DNA of 64,000 bases from Antechinus flavipes (GCF_016432865.1 NC_067400.1:611382001-611446000), one strand, 5' to 3'. Positions 12,801 through 24,905 are shown, numbered from the stretch's first letter. Translations and numbers: made by a program. Notes: a model not told the origin generated them from the letters alone.

Positions 12801-13899
12801 GAAGGGAGGGGGACTCCTTAGGACTGGAACTCCCCCCATTTGTACGCATCAGAAACTGAGTCTGCCAGACTCGTCCCGAGGTCACAAGTCAGCGGCTGAG
12901 TCATCTCCCTCAAAGTGCTCCTCTCTTTCACTGCAGCCGCCCCCGACTTGGGGTACAGGCTTTGCTGGCCCTCCTGGGGGGTGGGAGACAGAGGCAGGAA
13001 CCGGCTCAGCCCCGAGGATCGATAGGGAAATAGGCCCTTGGCCATCGCTTCCGAGCTGTCTTCACATGTCTGTGCCGGCCACACCCTCCAAGGCCTGGGA
13101 AGGCTGTTCTGGTGGGGGAAGGGCGCTCCTGCAGGAGGGGGGCTGGTGGAGAGAAGGGTGCTATTGCACGAGGTGGGAGGGGGGCTTTCCGCTCATTCCT
13201 CCCAGGGACAACCCTATTCGCTCAGGGGTGTGGCACTTGGGATTCTAAGAGACCCAGGACGGGGTGGGGGACGAGGGAGGGTCCTTAGTAGCAGGCGCTG
13301 GTGGCTTAGGGAGCTGAAGCCCCCGGAGTGAGAGACGCATGGCAGCTGGCTCTGGCCCAGGGCTGCGGTGAGGGAGGGGGTGCAGGTTAAGCGGGAGGCC
13401 CAGGGTCACGTCGGGTAGTATTTGAACACAGTCCTTCCTGACCCCTGGTTATCGGGAGGCTGCAGGAGCACATGACTGGGTCAGGAGAGCCGGGCTTAAG
13501 GCTCACTTTGTGTAACTGCACAAATCTCGCCCTTCCCGTAAAGTGAGAGCAGAGACCTCGTGATCTCCAGGGGCCTTCCTGGCCCCGACATTTATCCCGG
13601 GGAGTGGGAGAGGCAACTCCCTGGAAAGGGAAGGAAAGCTCCTGGTCCCAGCAAGTAATAAATAACTCCCTCCCCCTGCCCACCCGGCAGCCTACCCCCT
13701 CCCTCTTGGGATTTTCTTGGGAAGGAAATCAGGCCGACAGCTCCTCTTCCTACACACATCTGGGAGTGCATCTGTCAGGCTTAGGGAGGCTCCATCCTGA
13801 CCACCCAGCCAGGCCCGGAGAGGCCAGCCCGGCTCCGAGAAAGCCCCTCCCTCAGTCCTCGCGGCACCTGAGGGAGGTGGGGAGGGGAGAGAGCAGGAA

Positions 13900-14870
13900 T
13901 GGCTGGGGGCGGGGGCGCGGGCTAATAACTCGGGGTTATTCCGCCGGAGGTGGGAAGAGTGCAGTGTGCAGCTGTGCCCCAGCCTCGGTTCGGTTGGTCC
14001 CGGGGGTCAGCCTCGGAACTCGTCGCACCCCTCTGCCAATCAGTTAGCTGCCAGCCTTCCCTCGGCGGCAGGGGGGAAACTGAGGTTCCTTGCGCCCCCG
14101 CCCCGCCCGGGTTGGACCTCCGGCTCTGTTCCCGGGGGCCGAGCCAGGCGTGGCCCCGGCTCCCCCGCCGAGCCTGGCCCGGGCGCGGGGTCAGTGCGTG
14201 CGGCCTGGGCGGGCGGCTCGGGGCTCGGGTTTCCTCTCCCCGGGGCCGCCCGCCGAGCGCAAGGTCGGTGAGTCAGCGCGGGAGGGGCCGCCGCCGCCTC
14301 CGGCCTCCGGCCTCTGCTGGGCCCCCCTCCCGGCCGGAAATCTCTCTCCCACGGAGGGGGGGCCGGGGGAGAGGCGGGGGCGGCTGCTCTTTGCTCCTCC
14401 GGGCTGTCTCCTTCCCCCCTCCCCCCGCGGGCCGAGCCCACGTACCCAGGGCGGAGAGACTGGCCCTGCAGCTGGAGGGATTGAGGTCAGACAGCATTTG
14501 TTGATTTCATCGGCAGGGAAGCTTTCCAGACCGGAGGCCGGGCTCCCAGGGAGGAGGAGGGAAGGGGGATGGGGGGGACTCCCGAGGGCCTCGCCGCAGG
14601 CCTGAAGAAGCCGAGACTCTGCCCGCGTGGCTTGGGCCTGGGGATCGTCAGCTAGTGACCTCTTGACCGTCCCCCCCCCCCCCCCCCCCGCAGCCGGCCC
14701 GAGTCGGGGGCCGGGGCCCAGGCCAAGGCCCGGAGGACCTTTAGCCTTTCCCCTCCAGTTCTTCCAGCTTCTCTCACGTTTTCAAAGCCTCCTCACGAGC
14801 AGGAAATTCTTGCTCGGGATCTAACTCCAAGCCCCGCGTCCTTCTGAGCGCGGCTGGGCCTGGGAATGGG
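13900..14870. promoter_or_regulatory. CpG island upstream of PERM1
   Basis: High CpG, GC boxes, AP-1 TGAGTCA overlapping a strong + strand donor TCG|GTGAGT (GT at 14268). Confidence 0.65.
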
Positions 14871-16914
14871 AAGGAGGCTTCCGTAGGGTCAGATGCTGGA
14901 CAGTGACAGCTGGGAGGGGGCTGGGGGGCCTTTGGGGACCCGGATTTTGTTCTCAACCGCATCCCCTCCCCATTTCCCTATGGCCATTCCTGGTGGGGGG
15001 AGAAATTGGGGAAGGGGAGGGGACAAGGGAAGGAGACAGGGAGAAGGGAGGGGGAATGGCACTGTGGGCTCAGAAAAAGCCCACCTGGGAGGGTCAAGAA
15101 ATCAGTTCTCTTACAACACGTGCGCACCCCCAGGTGACAGGTGGTCACTGAGGCTGAGGGGCCTCAGCTTTTAAGAGCCTCTGGGGGCATATTGTGCCTC
15201 TCCAGACCCGGAAATCCCCCAATCCTGCCCCACGTGAGGGAGGGGCTTTTCCCCCTTAAATCTAGATGGGGGGAGGGCGAGTGCTGGACCAAATCATGAA
15301 CTTCCACTGTTTATTTTCAGGATTCTTCCTGCGAACCCGAAGCCACAAACCCCAAGCCCTATTTACACAGAGTTCAAGAGGGGTCACATGACTCTGGGTG
15401 GCCACAGGCTCCCAAGGGAGGGGCTGCAGTGGGTGGCCACAGGGACACCCCACCCTGACCCTGCTGACCTCCCTCCCCCCAACCTGCAGCTTATTTTTTC
15501 TCAAGGACCTTGTCCACCTCCCAATTTCCCTTCAGGGCTGTATGGCTGGCTGTCTCCCCCACGTCGGCCCCCCCTTCCCATCGTTCCCATTCACTATCTC
15601 CCTCCCAGGCGCCCTCACTGCTCTTCCACTGAACCTCAAATTCCCCCATCTGTCATCAATAAAAACGTCCATTACTTCATTGATAATTAATTCTTCACTA
15701 GTAAATGTTTTCTCTATCATTGTCCCCTCCCTGCCCCCATAGCATGCTTTCCTCCCTAAATGATCCCCTCACCATCTACTCTCGTTTCCCCCCTGACCAT
15801 TCCCTCTTCCCCAAAGCTCTCAGACCATGGAGAAAGCCTGGCTCCTTTAGGGACAGGTCACTACTTCCCCCTTGTGGGCAAACGAGGTCACTGCATGATT
15901 CCCGCCCTTTCACAACACTTGTAACTTCCCAGCTGGAGGGAAGGAGGGAGTCATTCTGGGAAAGCTGGGGTGTGGCCTCCCTCGTCATCCTCAAGCTCCC
16001 CCAAAGTGTCACCCCCTGCGGTGAGCCATTCCCAGGTCTTTCTCAATCTCACTGCTTTCCTTCTGAGAGCGTCCATCTCCATTTTATCTCCATCTCGTTT
16101 GTCCATAATTGCATGTTGGCTCCCCTTTTGACTGTAAACTTCTAGCTCAAAGGGATTCTCTTTTGCTTTTCTTTGTATCCCTAGGGCTTAGCACAGTGAC
16201 TTGGCACTAATAGGTGCTTAATAAAAGCTTTTTGACTCGGCTGCTTTTTTTTTTAATTTTTAAAAATTATTAAAAAAAATTTTTTTTTGACTCGGCTGCT
16301 TTGATAAGCCCCTCAGAGATGTCAGCTCCACCCGTGGCCAGAACCTCCTTTTACCATCACATCCCTCTGCTCTTTTCCCTCAGGGGTCCTTTCCCTAAGC
16401 ACCGGGGCTGGCTGCTGGGCTGGGACCTCAGATACTCTCTGTCCCCTCCCAGGAAGAGGAATTGTGCTCAGAGGTTGCCCAATGAGAATGGAGCTCCGGG
16501 CAGTATTCAGTGGGGGGCTACTTTTCTATTTTTTGGGCATCTGTCTAGTGCCCCCGTTTACCTTTATAGAAAATGAAGAGTCTAAGGATTATCTCTCTGA
16601 GGGGTTCTGAAGGGATAGCTCCTTTGACTAAGTCTGACTGGCACCTGGGAGAGAGCTCAAGCGTTCTGTTCTTCATTAAGCCTTTCTTTCTCTAAGCCTT
16701 TCTTTCTCTATCCCTTCTCTGCTCCCACTCCCCCCCCCCCCATTCTCTGCTAGGGTCCTCCTTCCCAAGATGCCTTGTACTGAACTACTTTATATTTATT
16801 TATTCTCTCTATGCTTATTGAGTTACATGTATGTATACGCTTCTCTCCCCCGTTAGAATATAAGTTCCTTGAGAGCAGGGCCTGTTTCAATCTTGTGCTT
16901 CTAATGCCTGGAAT

Positions 16915-17095
16915 ATAATGTATAATATAATTTTAATAATAAATATAATATCATAATAAAACAAGTACATAATAATATAATAAAATTATATTATAATCAT
17001 GTGTTATATAATAATATATATTATAACATATATGTGTATATATACATATATATGTTCTGTATGTAGTATGACATAACACAATATAATATACTATG
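16915..17095. repeat. (TA)-rich low-complexity tract
   Basis: Near-pure A/T degenerate TATAA/TA repeats; a similar tract lies at 18815-18920. Confidence 0.85.
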
Positions 17096-17559
17096 TGCTT
17101 AATAAGTCACTTTTGGTGACTGATTATCCTCTTTCCCTTCATCCACTCTTCCCCTTCATCATCATTCCAACTTTTCTTTCGGATGGGGGGAGCGCGACCT
17201 TGGTGTCCTGGAAAAATAGTGGTTTGGATCCGCCCCATAGTAGCTAGGGGATTTTGGGTAAAAGTCCCCTTCTTCTCCGAATTTCGCTTCTTCTCCAATG
17301 AAGGCCTTCGACTAGATTTCTTTAGGACTTTCGGAATCTGTTCCTGTAATCTGGACTATGGGAACGTGCACTCGAGATCGGAGCCTGACTTTCCACTCAC
17401 TTGGGTGACCCCTGAGGCTCGAATAGAATCCGTGTCCCTCTGGGGCCCTGCCACCGAGGAGCTGTGACTGAGACATGTGGCTAGGGCAGTCACTACCCTG
17501 TGCCCGTGACACAGGAAGACCCCTCCCCTTCCCCGCCCCCCAGGGGGCTGGGCCCACTC

Positions 17560-17785
17560 AAATGCCATCTATTTGTAGAGCTGGTCCCAGGGTGGGTGAG
17601 CAGGGGCTGGCGGGGAGCATGTGACCAGTGGGCAAGGAGAGTATTTTTAGGATGTCAATGAGAGAGGCCGAAGGGGCGGGGCTCGGCCCACTGTCCTAGA
17701 CTGAGCCAACGGCGTGCTCCTCTGGACCCAGCTGCCTGCCACCCCCAGCCTGCTTCATGCCCTCCATCAAGCTGTGGGGACCCAG
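17560..17785 (+). promoter_or_regulatory. Candidate muscle-type promoter and first exon of PERM1
   Basis: MEF2-like CTATTTGTAG (17569) and GTATTTTTAG (17641), GC box GGGGCGGGGC (17673), E-box CAGCTG (17729), donor CAG|GTAGGA after 17785, 1.6 kb before the acceptor at 19400. Confidence 0.5.
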
Positions 17786-19401
17786 GTAGGACCTGTCAGT
17801 CCCTTCCCCCCTCCCCGTTCTTCTCCCCCATTCTACAAGGGTGAGTGTCCCGGAGGGGTGGGAATGGGCAGGGGCTAATTCTGTCCATTGGGGGTTTTCT
17901 TGTGGCCTGGAAGCCAGGGACCTCGATCCTCCATTGCTCGGGTCACTGGGGGGGGGGGGTCTGTGCAGGGGTGGGGGTCTGTCACCAGGAATGGGGCCCC
18001 AGGACTTGAGGCAAGTCCAAGATCCGCTTCCTGGGGTGGGAGGGACTCCTTAAAACCTGGGATGCCTCTAGGTATGAAGGGTCATTCAGGGAAATGGGGG
18101 GTTAGGGAAGGAGCAAAGAGTGAGGGTCCACACCATGGAGCTGCGTACTTGGGGACCCCGGGGTCGTCCCTGCTGAGGGACTGGAAGATCTCACTGCTGC
18201 CCCTCTGTGCTGTGGGACTGTGTCCCACTCTGTGCCTTGGTTTTCCCTGCTCTGGGCCTCAGTTTCCCCACCTATTTTCAGGGATATCCTGGTATCTCCC
18301 CTGCCCCCATGGGAAAGAAAGGGAATTCTCCTAAGAGAACTAAGCCCAGGTTCCGGTTCTGGCCCAGCTCTTTACTACTGCTCTGACCTTGGATAAATCT
18401 CCCTGGGTTTCAGTTTCCTGGTTTGTAAAATGAGCGCTTTGACCTAGATGGCCTGAGAACCTTTCCAGCCCTGAGCCCATGATCTCCCTGCTGACCACAG
18501 GCCCCTGACCCTGGGGAGTGAAACGACCTTGATAGACTGACCCAGTGACCTCTCCAGGCTGCCAAAGACTGCCGGGAGCCCGAGGTGCCCCTGGAGGGGC
18601 TTGGTGGTCCTCCTGGGCTGTCTGCCCCATCTCTGTCCCGCCCCCCACCCCTCCAGGCCCACTTCTTATTGAGGAGGGGTCTGATCACCAAAGAGCAGCC
18701 CTGAGTGACAGCTCAGAAAGGGTTGGGGCTGCTGGGAATGTTAGCGTCGTTCTTTGGAGGGAGATCAGGGTTGGGAGAGGGGAGGGACCCACCAGAGAAA
18801 CAACTATGTTCATTATATTATATACCTAGAGATTATATAATGTTTTATAATTATATATAATGTAAATATATAACATATTTATATTATTATATATGTTATA
18901 TATAATACATATCATATAATAGAAAATCACTTTATCTAAGCTATAAGATCATATTGCTGATATTTTTTCCTCAAGAAAATAATTTGATTTGATAAATTAA
19001 AAGGCCCTGGAGGAAAAAAAAAAAGCAAAGATATGAGAAAGCATTTTTGTTTTCTGATTTTAGGGGAGATATCCAAAAAGGTTTTAGGAGAAAAGGGGGG
19101 TTTGTGAGCCTGGAAGGAGACCCCCGTGGCCAGGTGAAGAGGGGAAAATGAATTGACTGCTTTGCAGTCAGACGAGGGGAGAATCCCTCTGACCCCAGAC
19201 CTCATGCAGGGTTCCAGGCTGCTCTCAGAAAGAAGGGGGGAGGAAGAGGAGTAGAATCGGAGCCCCAGACCGGGGGGAGAAACTGAGGCACAAGGCGTGG
19301 GAGGTCGCAGCTGTGGTTCGGGCTCTCCCGGCCTCGGCTCCCTGGCCCGGCCTCCGGCCCGGAGGCCCCCAGACTGCCCCCCTTGTCTCTGTCATCCCAG
19401 A

Positions 19402-22400
19402 ATGGAGAACTTTGAGTACAGCATCCAGCTGAGTGACAAGGACTGGGCCGACTTCTCGGCGGCCGCGGAGGAGTGCGGCCTTCTGCAGGCGGCTCTGGCT
19501 TCGGGGGACGAGCCCCTCTCCAGTGACATTGAGCAGGGGGACAGCAGCGGCAGCAGCCCCCCCGGCCCCCCTCCCCCGCGACTCCTCCGGGTGCGAGCAG
19601 GCAGCCCCCCAACCGAGAGCCTGCTGGCGGTCCTGAGCGGCCGGCCCTTGGCCGCGGCCCAGGGGGGCTGCTCTGGCAGCGAGGAGGAGGAGGGCCCAGA
19701 CGCCCGCCTGGTCAGCAGGTTTCGGTGTGAGCGTGTCCTGGCCCCGGGGGCCGGTCAGCAGACTCAGCGCACGTCCACCCAGCTGGAGGAGCAGCTGCCC
19801 TCGGCTGTCCTCTGCCCCGAGCAGCTCGCTCCCGCCCTGCTGCCTCAGCCCGGTGTCCAGGGTGGCGAGATGCAGAAGTCCTCGCGGGGGGCCGCCGCCC
19901 AGCTCGCCGAGGCCGGGGGTCGCTCGGGGAAGGACCCCCCCGGCCAAGAGCAGCCCAACAGCCTCGTTCCGGCCGACGGGAAGAGATCTCCCCGCGAGCC
20001 CAACCCCGGCGCCTCCCCCCGGAGCCCAGGGAAGAAGAAGCGGAGGTCAGTGGCCGCCAAGGGAAGTGGATCCCCGAAAGCTCAGGACTCCAAAAGACAG
20101 GGCCCCCCCAGCCCCTCGCTGCCCCTTTCTGGGAGCCAGCCGGACAAGGGCCCCAGCCACTTGGCTCCGGCTGGCCTGGAGGAGGATGGTCCGGGAGCGG
20201 AGCCGCCGGCCGGAGCGGCTGGACTGGGAACCAGAGCCAGCTGTGGGGCAGACCCACTGGGCCCATCCTCCTCCCCCGTCCCGGGCCCGAGGCCCTCTCC
20301 CCCTGCGCCGGGTCCGGAGGCAGGACCCGCCCCCCCAGAACGGCCCTTCTCAGATCTGGCTCCTCCTGCCTCAAAGACAGTGAATGTGTCTACACCTACC
20401 CCAATTCCGGAAGCAGGAGAAAACTTGTCTACACCTGTCTCCTTCCCTGAGAAGGGAGTGAACTTGTCTGGTGTGGCCTCTGAGGCTGAGCCAGGCTGTG
20501 ATCCGTCTATACCTGTCTCCAAAGAGAAGCTGCACAGGAATGTGTTTACACCTGATAACGAGACCAATTCAGAAGTCGGCTTCCCTACTCCTGTCCCCAA
20601 GTCGGAACCCCAACGCCATCGGTCTACACTTGTTCTCTTGCCTGAGGCAGAGGTACCCAAGGCCCAGCCAAATGTGAATATGTCTACACCTGCTCCCCAG
20701 CTCCAGTCAGCAGTGGATGTGTCTACACCTGACCTCAAGGCCGAGCCAGACAGGAACCCCTCTGCTTCTGCCCCCAGAGCCAGGGCAGCAGTGGATGTGT
20801 CTACACCTGACCTCAAGGCCGAGCCAGACAGGAACCCCTCTGCTTCTGCCCCCAGAGCCAGGGCTGATGTGGATGTGTCTACACCTGACCTCAAGGCCGA
20901 GCCAGACAGGAACCCCTCTGCTTCTGCCCCCAGAGCCAGGGCTGATGTGGATGTGTCTACACCTGACCTCAAGGCCGAGCCAGACAGGAATCGCTCTGCT
21001 TCTGCCCCCAGAGCCAGGGCTGACGTGGATGTGTCTACACCCGCCCAAGTTACTAAGAGTTTCGATTCCCCGGCTCCACGGGAGCCCCAGGGGGAGCCTG
21101 AGGAAGGGGCTCCCTTGTCTCCAGGCCCCCCGGGGGCCCCTTCACAGGGCACAGCTCCAGCCACGCAGTCCCCGGGCATCGCGGCCCCGGGCCGAGCTCC
21201 GAGGAGGAAGAAAGTCCGTTTTTCAGGGGTGACCAGCTCCCCCGGGGAGGACTCCGCCCCAGCCTCCCCATCGGCGGACAAGGCTGCGCCAGAGAGCCCT
21301 CGGACTTTGGGCGGGGGCCGGGGGGGCCCCAGAGCCTGGGACGCCGTGGCCGTGGGCTCGCGCCCCCAGCCGCGGATTCTGAAGCACCCGCCCTGCCCCT
21401 CGGCCTTGGCCAGGGAGTCGGCGGGACCCCGGGAGGACTTTGCCCTGACCCTCCCTGAGGCCTATGACTACTTTTTCTGTGACACCATCGTGGAGGAGGA
21501 GGAGGAGGAGGAGGAGGAGGACTTCCCGGCCGACGTGCAGTGGCCTGAGGTGTGTGAATATTTTTTCCGGGACGGCCGACTCCCCGCCCCAGCACCCGCT
21601 CTCCAGGCGCCTGCTCGGGGTGCTCCGGTCCCCATCTCCATCCCGGAGGCCTACGAACACTTTTTTGGGGAGCAGGAGCTGCTGGCCCCGGCCGACAAGC
21701 AGACCCGGGGGCCCGAGCGGGCTCCCCTCCTGGTCTGGCCCGGGGGCCCCGCTCCTGAAGAACAGGGCCCATGGAAAGCGGAGGAGCTGGGCCTGAGCAT
21801 GAGCCTTGAAGGTAAGGGCCAAGGTGGGGGCTGGCTGGGAGTACAGTCCGTTCCTGGTCCAAGGAACAGGCTGTCCAGGCGGGGGGGAGGGGGGGGCGCA
21901 GTGGGACTGGTGCTGGCTGGGGCCTTCGGCCCGGCCTTAACCCCTTGCGCTCCTCCACCCCCGGGGTTTGGGTCCCGCCGACCCCTGCCCCCAAAGTGAC
22001 CGCGGGACACAGCCCCCGGGGTGGGGGGCGCCAGGGGCCGGTTCAGAAGTGAGTGCGTCCAGGGCAGTGGGAACCCCGTCCCCTGGCCCGGCCCCAGCCA
22101 CTGTCTCCATGCTGGCTCCCATCCCCGGCGGTCTCTAGTTTAATTCCATATTTAATGAGCACCTGCTGGGGATCTGGGAGGGGAGACTCCTGGCCTCCTG
22201 TGGGCCGGGGACCCCGGGGAGGACGTGGCTGGGGAGGCTGGAGCCGGCCCCCGGACGGATGCGGCTCGGGGCCACGTGCTGTGTTTCCTCCCCAGGGGAG
22301 CAGAGGGCTCCACTCATCCCCATCACCTTTAACCAGAATGACATGTGTCTGGGGTTCGTGGCCTTCGCCACGTGGGCCGTGAGGACTTCGGACCTTCATG

Positions 22401-22884
22401 CGCCAGATGCCTGGAAAACAGGTCTGGGGGCTGGGGCCTGTGGATGACAAGGGACTTCTGGGGAGCGTGGGAAATCCTCCCCCTTCTCTGAGCCTCAGTT
22501 TTACCATCTGTAGCACTAAGGGGGTTGGGTTGGAGCCGTAAATTCAGGGTGAAAGGGGGGGAAATGCTCAGCACTGACAATTGACCCCGGGGTCCCGTCA
22601 CCTCCTGACCTGAGGGGGACGTCATTCCCACATTCCTGTTCCGTCTTTGGGGAGGTTTAAAGGGTTTCCCGGCATGAATAGTCAGTGATTGTAAATCCCC
22701 TCCTCATCCGCCTGGGCTGCTCCCTCTGCCCCCCCAAGAGCCGGCGGTCCCGCCCGAAGCACCCCCACCTTTCCCAGCTGCCTCTTTCTGCTTTTCCCCT
22801 CCAGTGTTGCTGGCCAACATCGGCGCCCTCTCGGCCATTCGATACTTCCGGAGGCAGGCGAGGGAAGGACGCCCGAACCCGTAG
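19402..22884 (+). CDS. PERM1: PGC-1 and ERR-induced regulator in muscle protein 1; 871 aa
   Basis: Exons 19402-21811, 22296-22421, 22805-22884, all GT-AG and phase-compatible (2616 nt). N-terminus MENFEYSIQLSDKDWADFS...ECGLLQAALASGDEPLSSDIEQGDSSGSSPP and C-terminus NQNDMCLGFVAFATWAVRTSD...DAWKTVLLANIGALSAIRYFRRQ match PERM1 as I recall it. Synteny with PLEKHN1. Confidence 0.93.
20713..21041 (+). repeat. Coding VNTR in PERM1: 4 x 78 bp plus partial
   Basis: Unit starts at 20713, 20791, 20869, 20947, 21025; encodes VDVSTPDLKAEPDRNPSASAPRARA(A/D). Confidence 0.95.
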
Positions 22885-23837
22885 CCTCCAGGCGGGGCCA
22901 GCTGGGGCCCAGGAGGGCAGGCCCCAGCCCGGGACGGCTGCCTCGAGTGAGGGGCGCAGTCCGCCAATGGGGGCCGGGCTTCTTCAGACTTCTGCGCTGC
23001 TCCGGCCACATTCACACAGCCTCTCTCCTCCCCCAGCCCAGGCCTGGCCCTCATGTCCAGCCCGGGGCCTGCACGTCCCAGCGGGAGGCCCGGGTCCCCC
23101 TGGCGGCCGAGGGCTAAGTTGTAGCACCTGTAGTAAGTCAGACTTCAGAAGGTAGAGTGGGGAGGAGGGGGATGGCCCAGGCTGTCTGCTAAGGGGTGGA
23201 TGAAGGAAGCAGGCGGAGGGATGCCCTCTGCCTGGTTGGAGGCTCCTGAATGTCTTGGAGGTGGGGCAAGAGACCACGTGGGAGGGGGGGGCAAGCGGCT
23301 GGCAGGGCACAGCGCAGCCACTTCAGGAAGCCCCTCTGGACTCACTGGTGACAGGTCCTGAAGATGGGGGGTATGGGGGCCCCCTCAGGTGGGTTCTAGA
23401 GCGGAGAACGCAGGAGGAAGGTGGTCAGAGGGACACAACTGCTGCTGGGGACGGGCCCACACAAATTGTGGGTGCACAGTAAGGATCCCCAGAAGGAGCT
23501 GGTGGGAGTGGGACGATGGCGCAGGGACATTTGGATGCCATTTGGAAACCGAGGGCTTCCTAAGGAAGGACGGAGTTTTGAAGGCAAGGAGACGTGAGTG
23601 GGGGCAGGAGATGGAGAGGTCATTTGGCTCGAGAGGCCTGGTGAGGGATGGGAGGCTCCTGGTCCTTTGGAGAGTGGGAGGGAGTGGGAGAGGAAGCTGA
23701 GAGGGCAGCAGGGAGATTAAAGGTTAATGGTCTCACTGTGGGCTCTGAGCCCTTCTGGACTGAATTCCCTGACAGTTACCTGAGTGTGTAATGGTGTGTG
23801 TGGGGGGAGAAGAATGGACACACAGACAGTGGGTGAC

Positions 23838-23843
23838 AATAAA
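23838..23843 (+). terminator. Likely PERM1 polyadenylation signal
   Basis: First AATAAA after the stop codon, followed by a U/GU-rich stretch (tttttttctatttctgggttg). Confidence 0.6.
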
Positions 23844-24254
23844 TTTTTTTTCTATTTCTGGGTTGATGGGTTGATTTCCCCAGGATCAGCTCCATCCCCT
23901 CCCCCAGACCCCATTGTGAGGATTATGGCCCATTACCCAGAAGCCACCCTGTGACACAAGCTGAATCCAGTGGACAGGGATCACTCAGGAAGCCCAGAGT
24001 CCCTCCTGCCTCTCTGGGAGTGGCTGGGGATGGGGGACTTTGCTGAAGGCAGAAAAACCCGTCCCCCCTTCCAGAGGTCTCCTCAATCCTGTCCTGGCTC
24101 ATTTTAAGGGAATATAGGGGAGGGGTCTGTAGCGTCTGTCTAACCTGTCCTTACTCAATCCTTAGGCCCTAGCCAGAACTGAGAGAAACCAGTGACCCTT
24201 TTCTGTTTACAGCTCTTCACTGCCCCGGCCCCAATTCTGCAGCCTCCTACTAAC

Positions 24255-24905
24255 GTCATAGCTCACTGCCCCTTCTGGCCCTTGCTGCTCACTATCTCTT
24301 ACAGTACTTGCTTTCCCTTACGACCCTCGTTCTCCCTTATAGTCCTTGCTGCCCCTTATGATCCTTGCTGCCCCTCATGGCCCTTGGTTCCCCTCATGGC
24401 CCTTGCTACTCGCTTCCCCTTATAGCTCTCATTAACCCTTCTGTCCCTTACTGCTCACTGCTTCTCACAGTTCTTGCTGCCCTTTATGGCCCTCGCTCCC
24501 CCATACAGCCCTCACTCTCCCTTATGGTCCTCGCTGCCCCTTATAGCCCTCCCTCCCCCTTCCGGCCCTCGCTCCCCCTTCCGGCCCTTGCTGCCCCTTC
24601 TAGCTCTTGCAGCCTCTTCTGGCCCTCGCTCCCCCTTCCGGCCCTCGCTCCCCCTTCCGGCCCTCGCTCTCCCTTCCAGCCCTTGCTGCCCCTTCCAGCC
24701 CTTGCTACCTCTTCTGGCCCTCGTTCTCCCTTCTAGCTCTTGCTGCCCCTTCTGGCCCTCACTTCCCCTTTTGGCCCTCGCTGCCCCTTCTGGCCCTCGT
24801 TCTCCCTTCCAGCCCTTGCTTCCCTTTCTGGCCCTCGCTGCCCCTTCTGGCCCTCGTTCTCCTTTCTAGCTCTTGCTGCCCCTTCTGGCCCTCACTGCCC
24901 TTCCC
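24255..24905. repeat. 19-bp pyrimidine-rich minisatellite (~34 copies)
   Basis: Consensus ccccttc(c/t)ggccctcgct(c/g); more degenerate at the left end. Confidence 0.9.

Noticed and set aside
21454-21520. FFAT (VAP-binding) motif in PERM1
   Set aside because: YFFCD does not fit EFFDAxE well, and the acidic tract lies after, not before, the core.
19297-21999. 900-aa single ORF as the PERM1 protein
   Set aside because: The first 35 codons precede the acceptor at 19400 and the last ~62 run past the donor at 21812; the spliced 871-aa model fits the known C-terminus.
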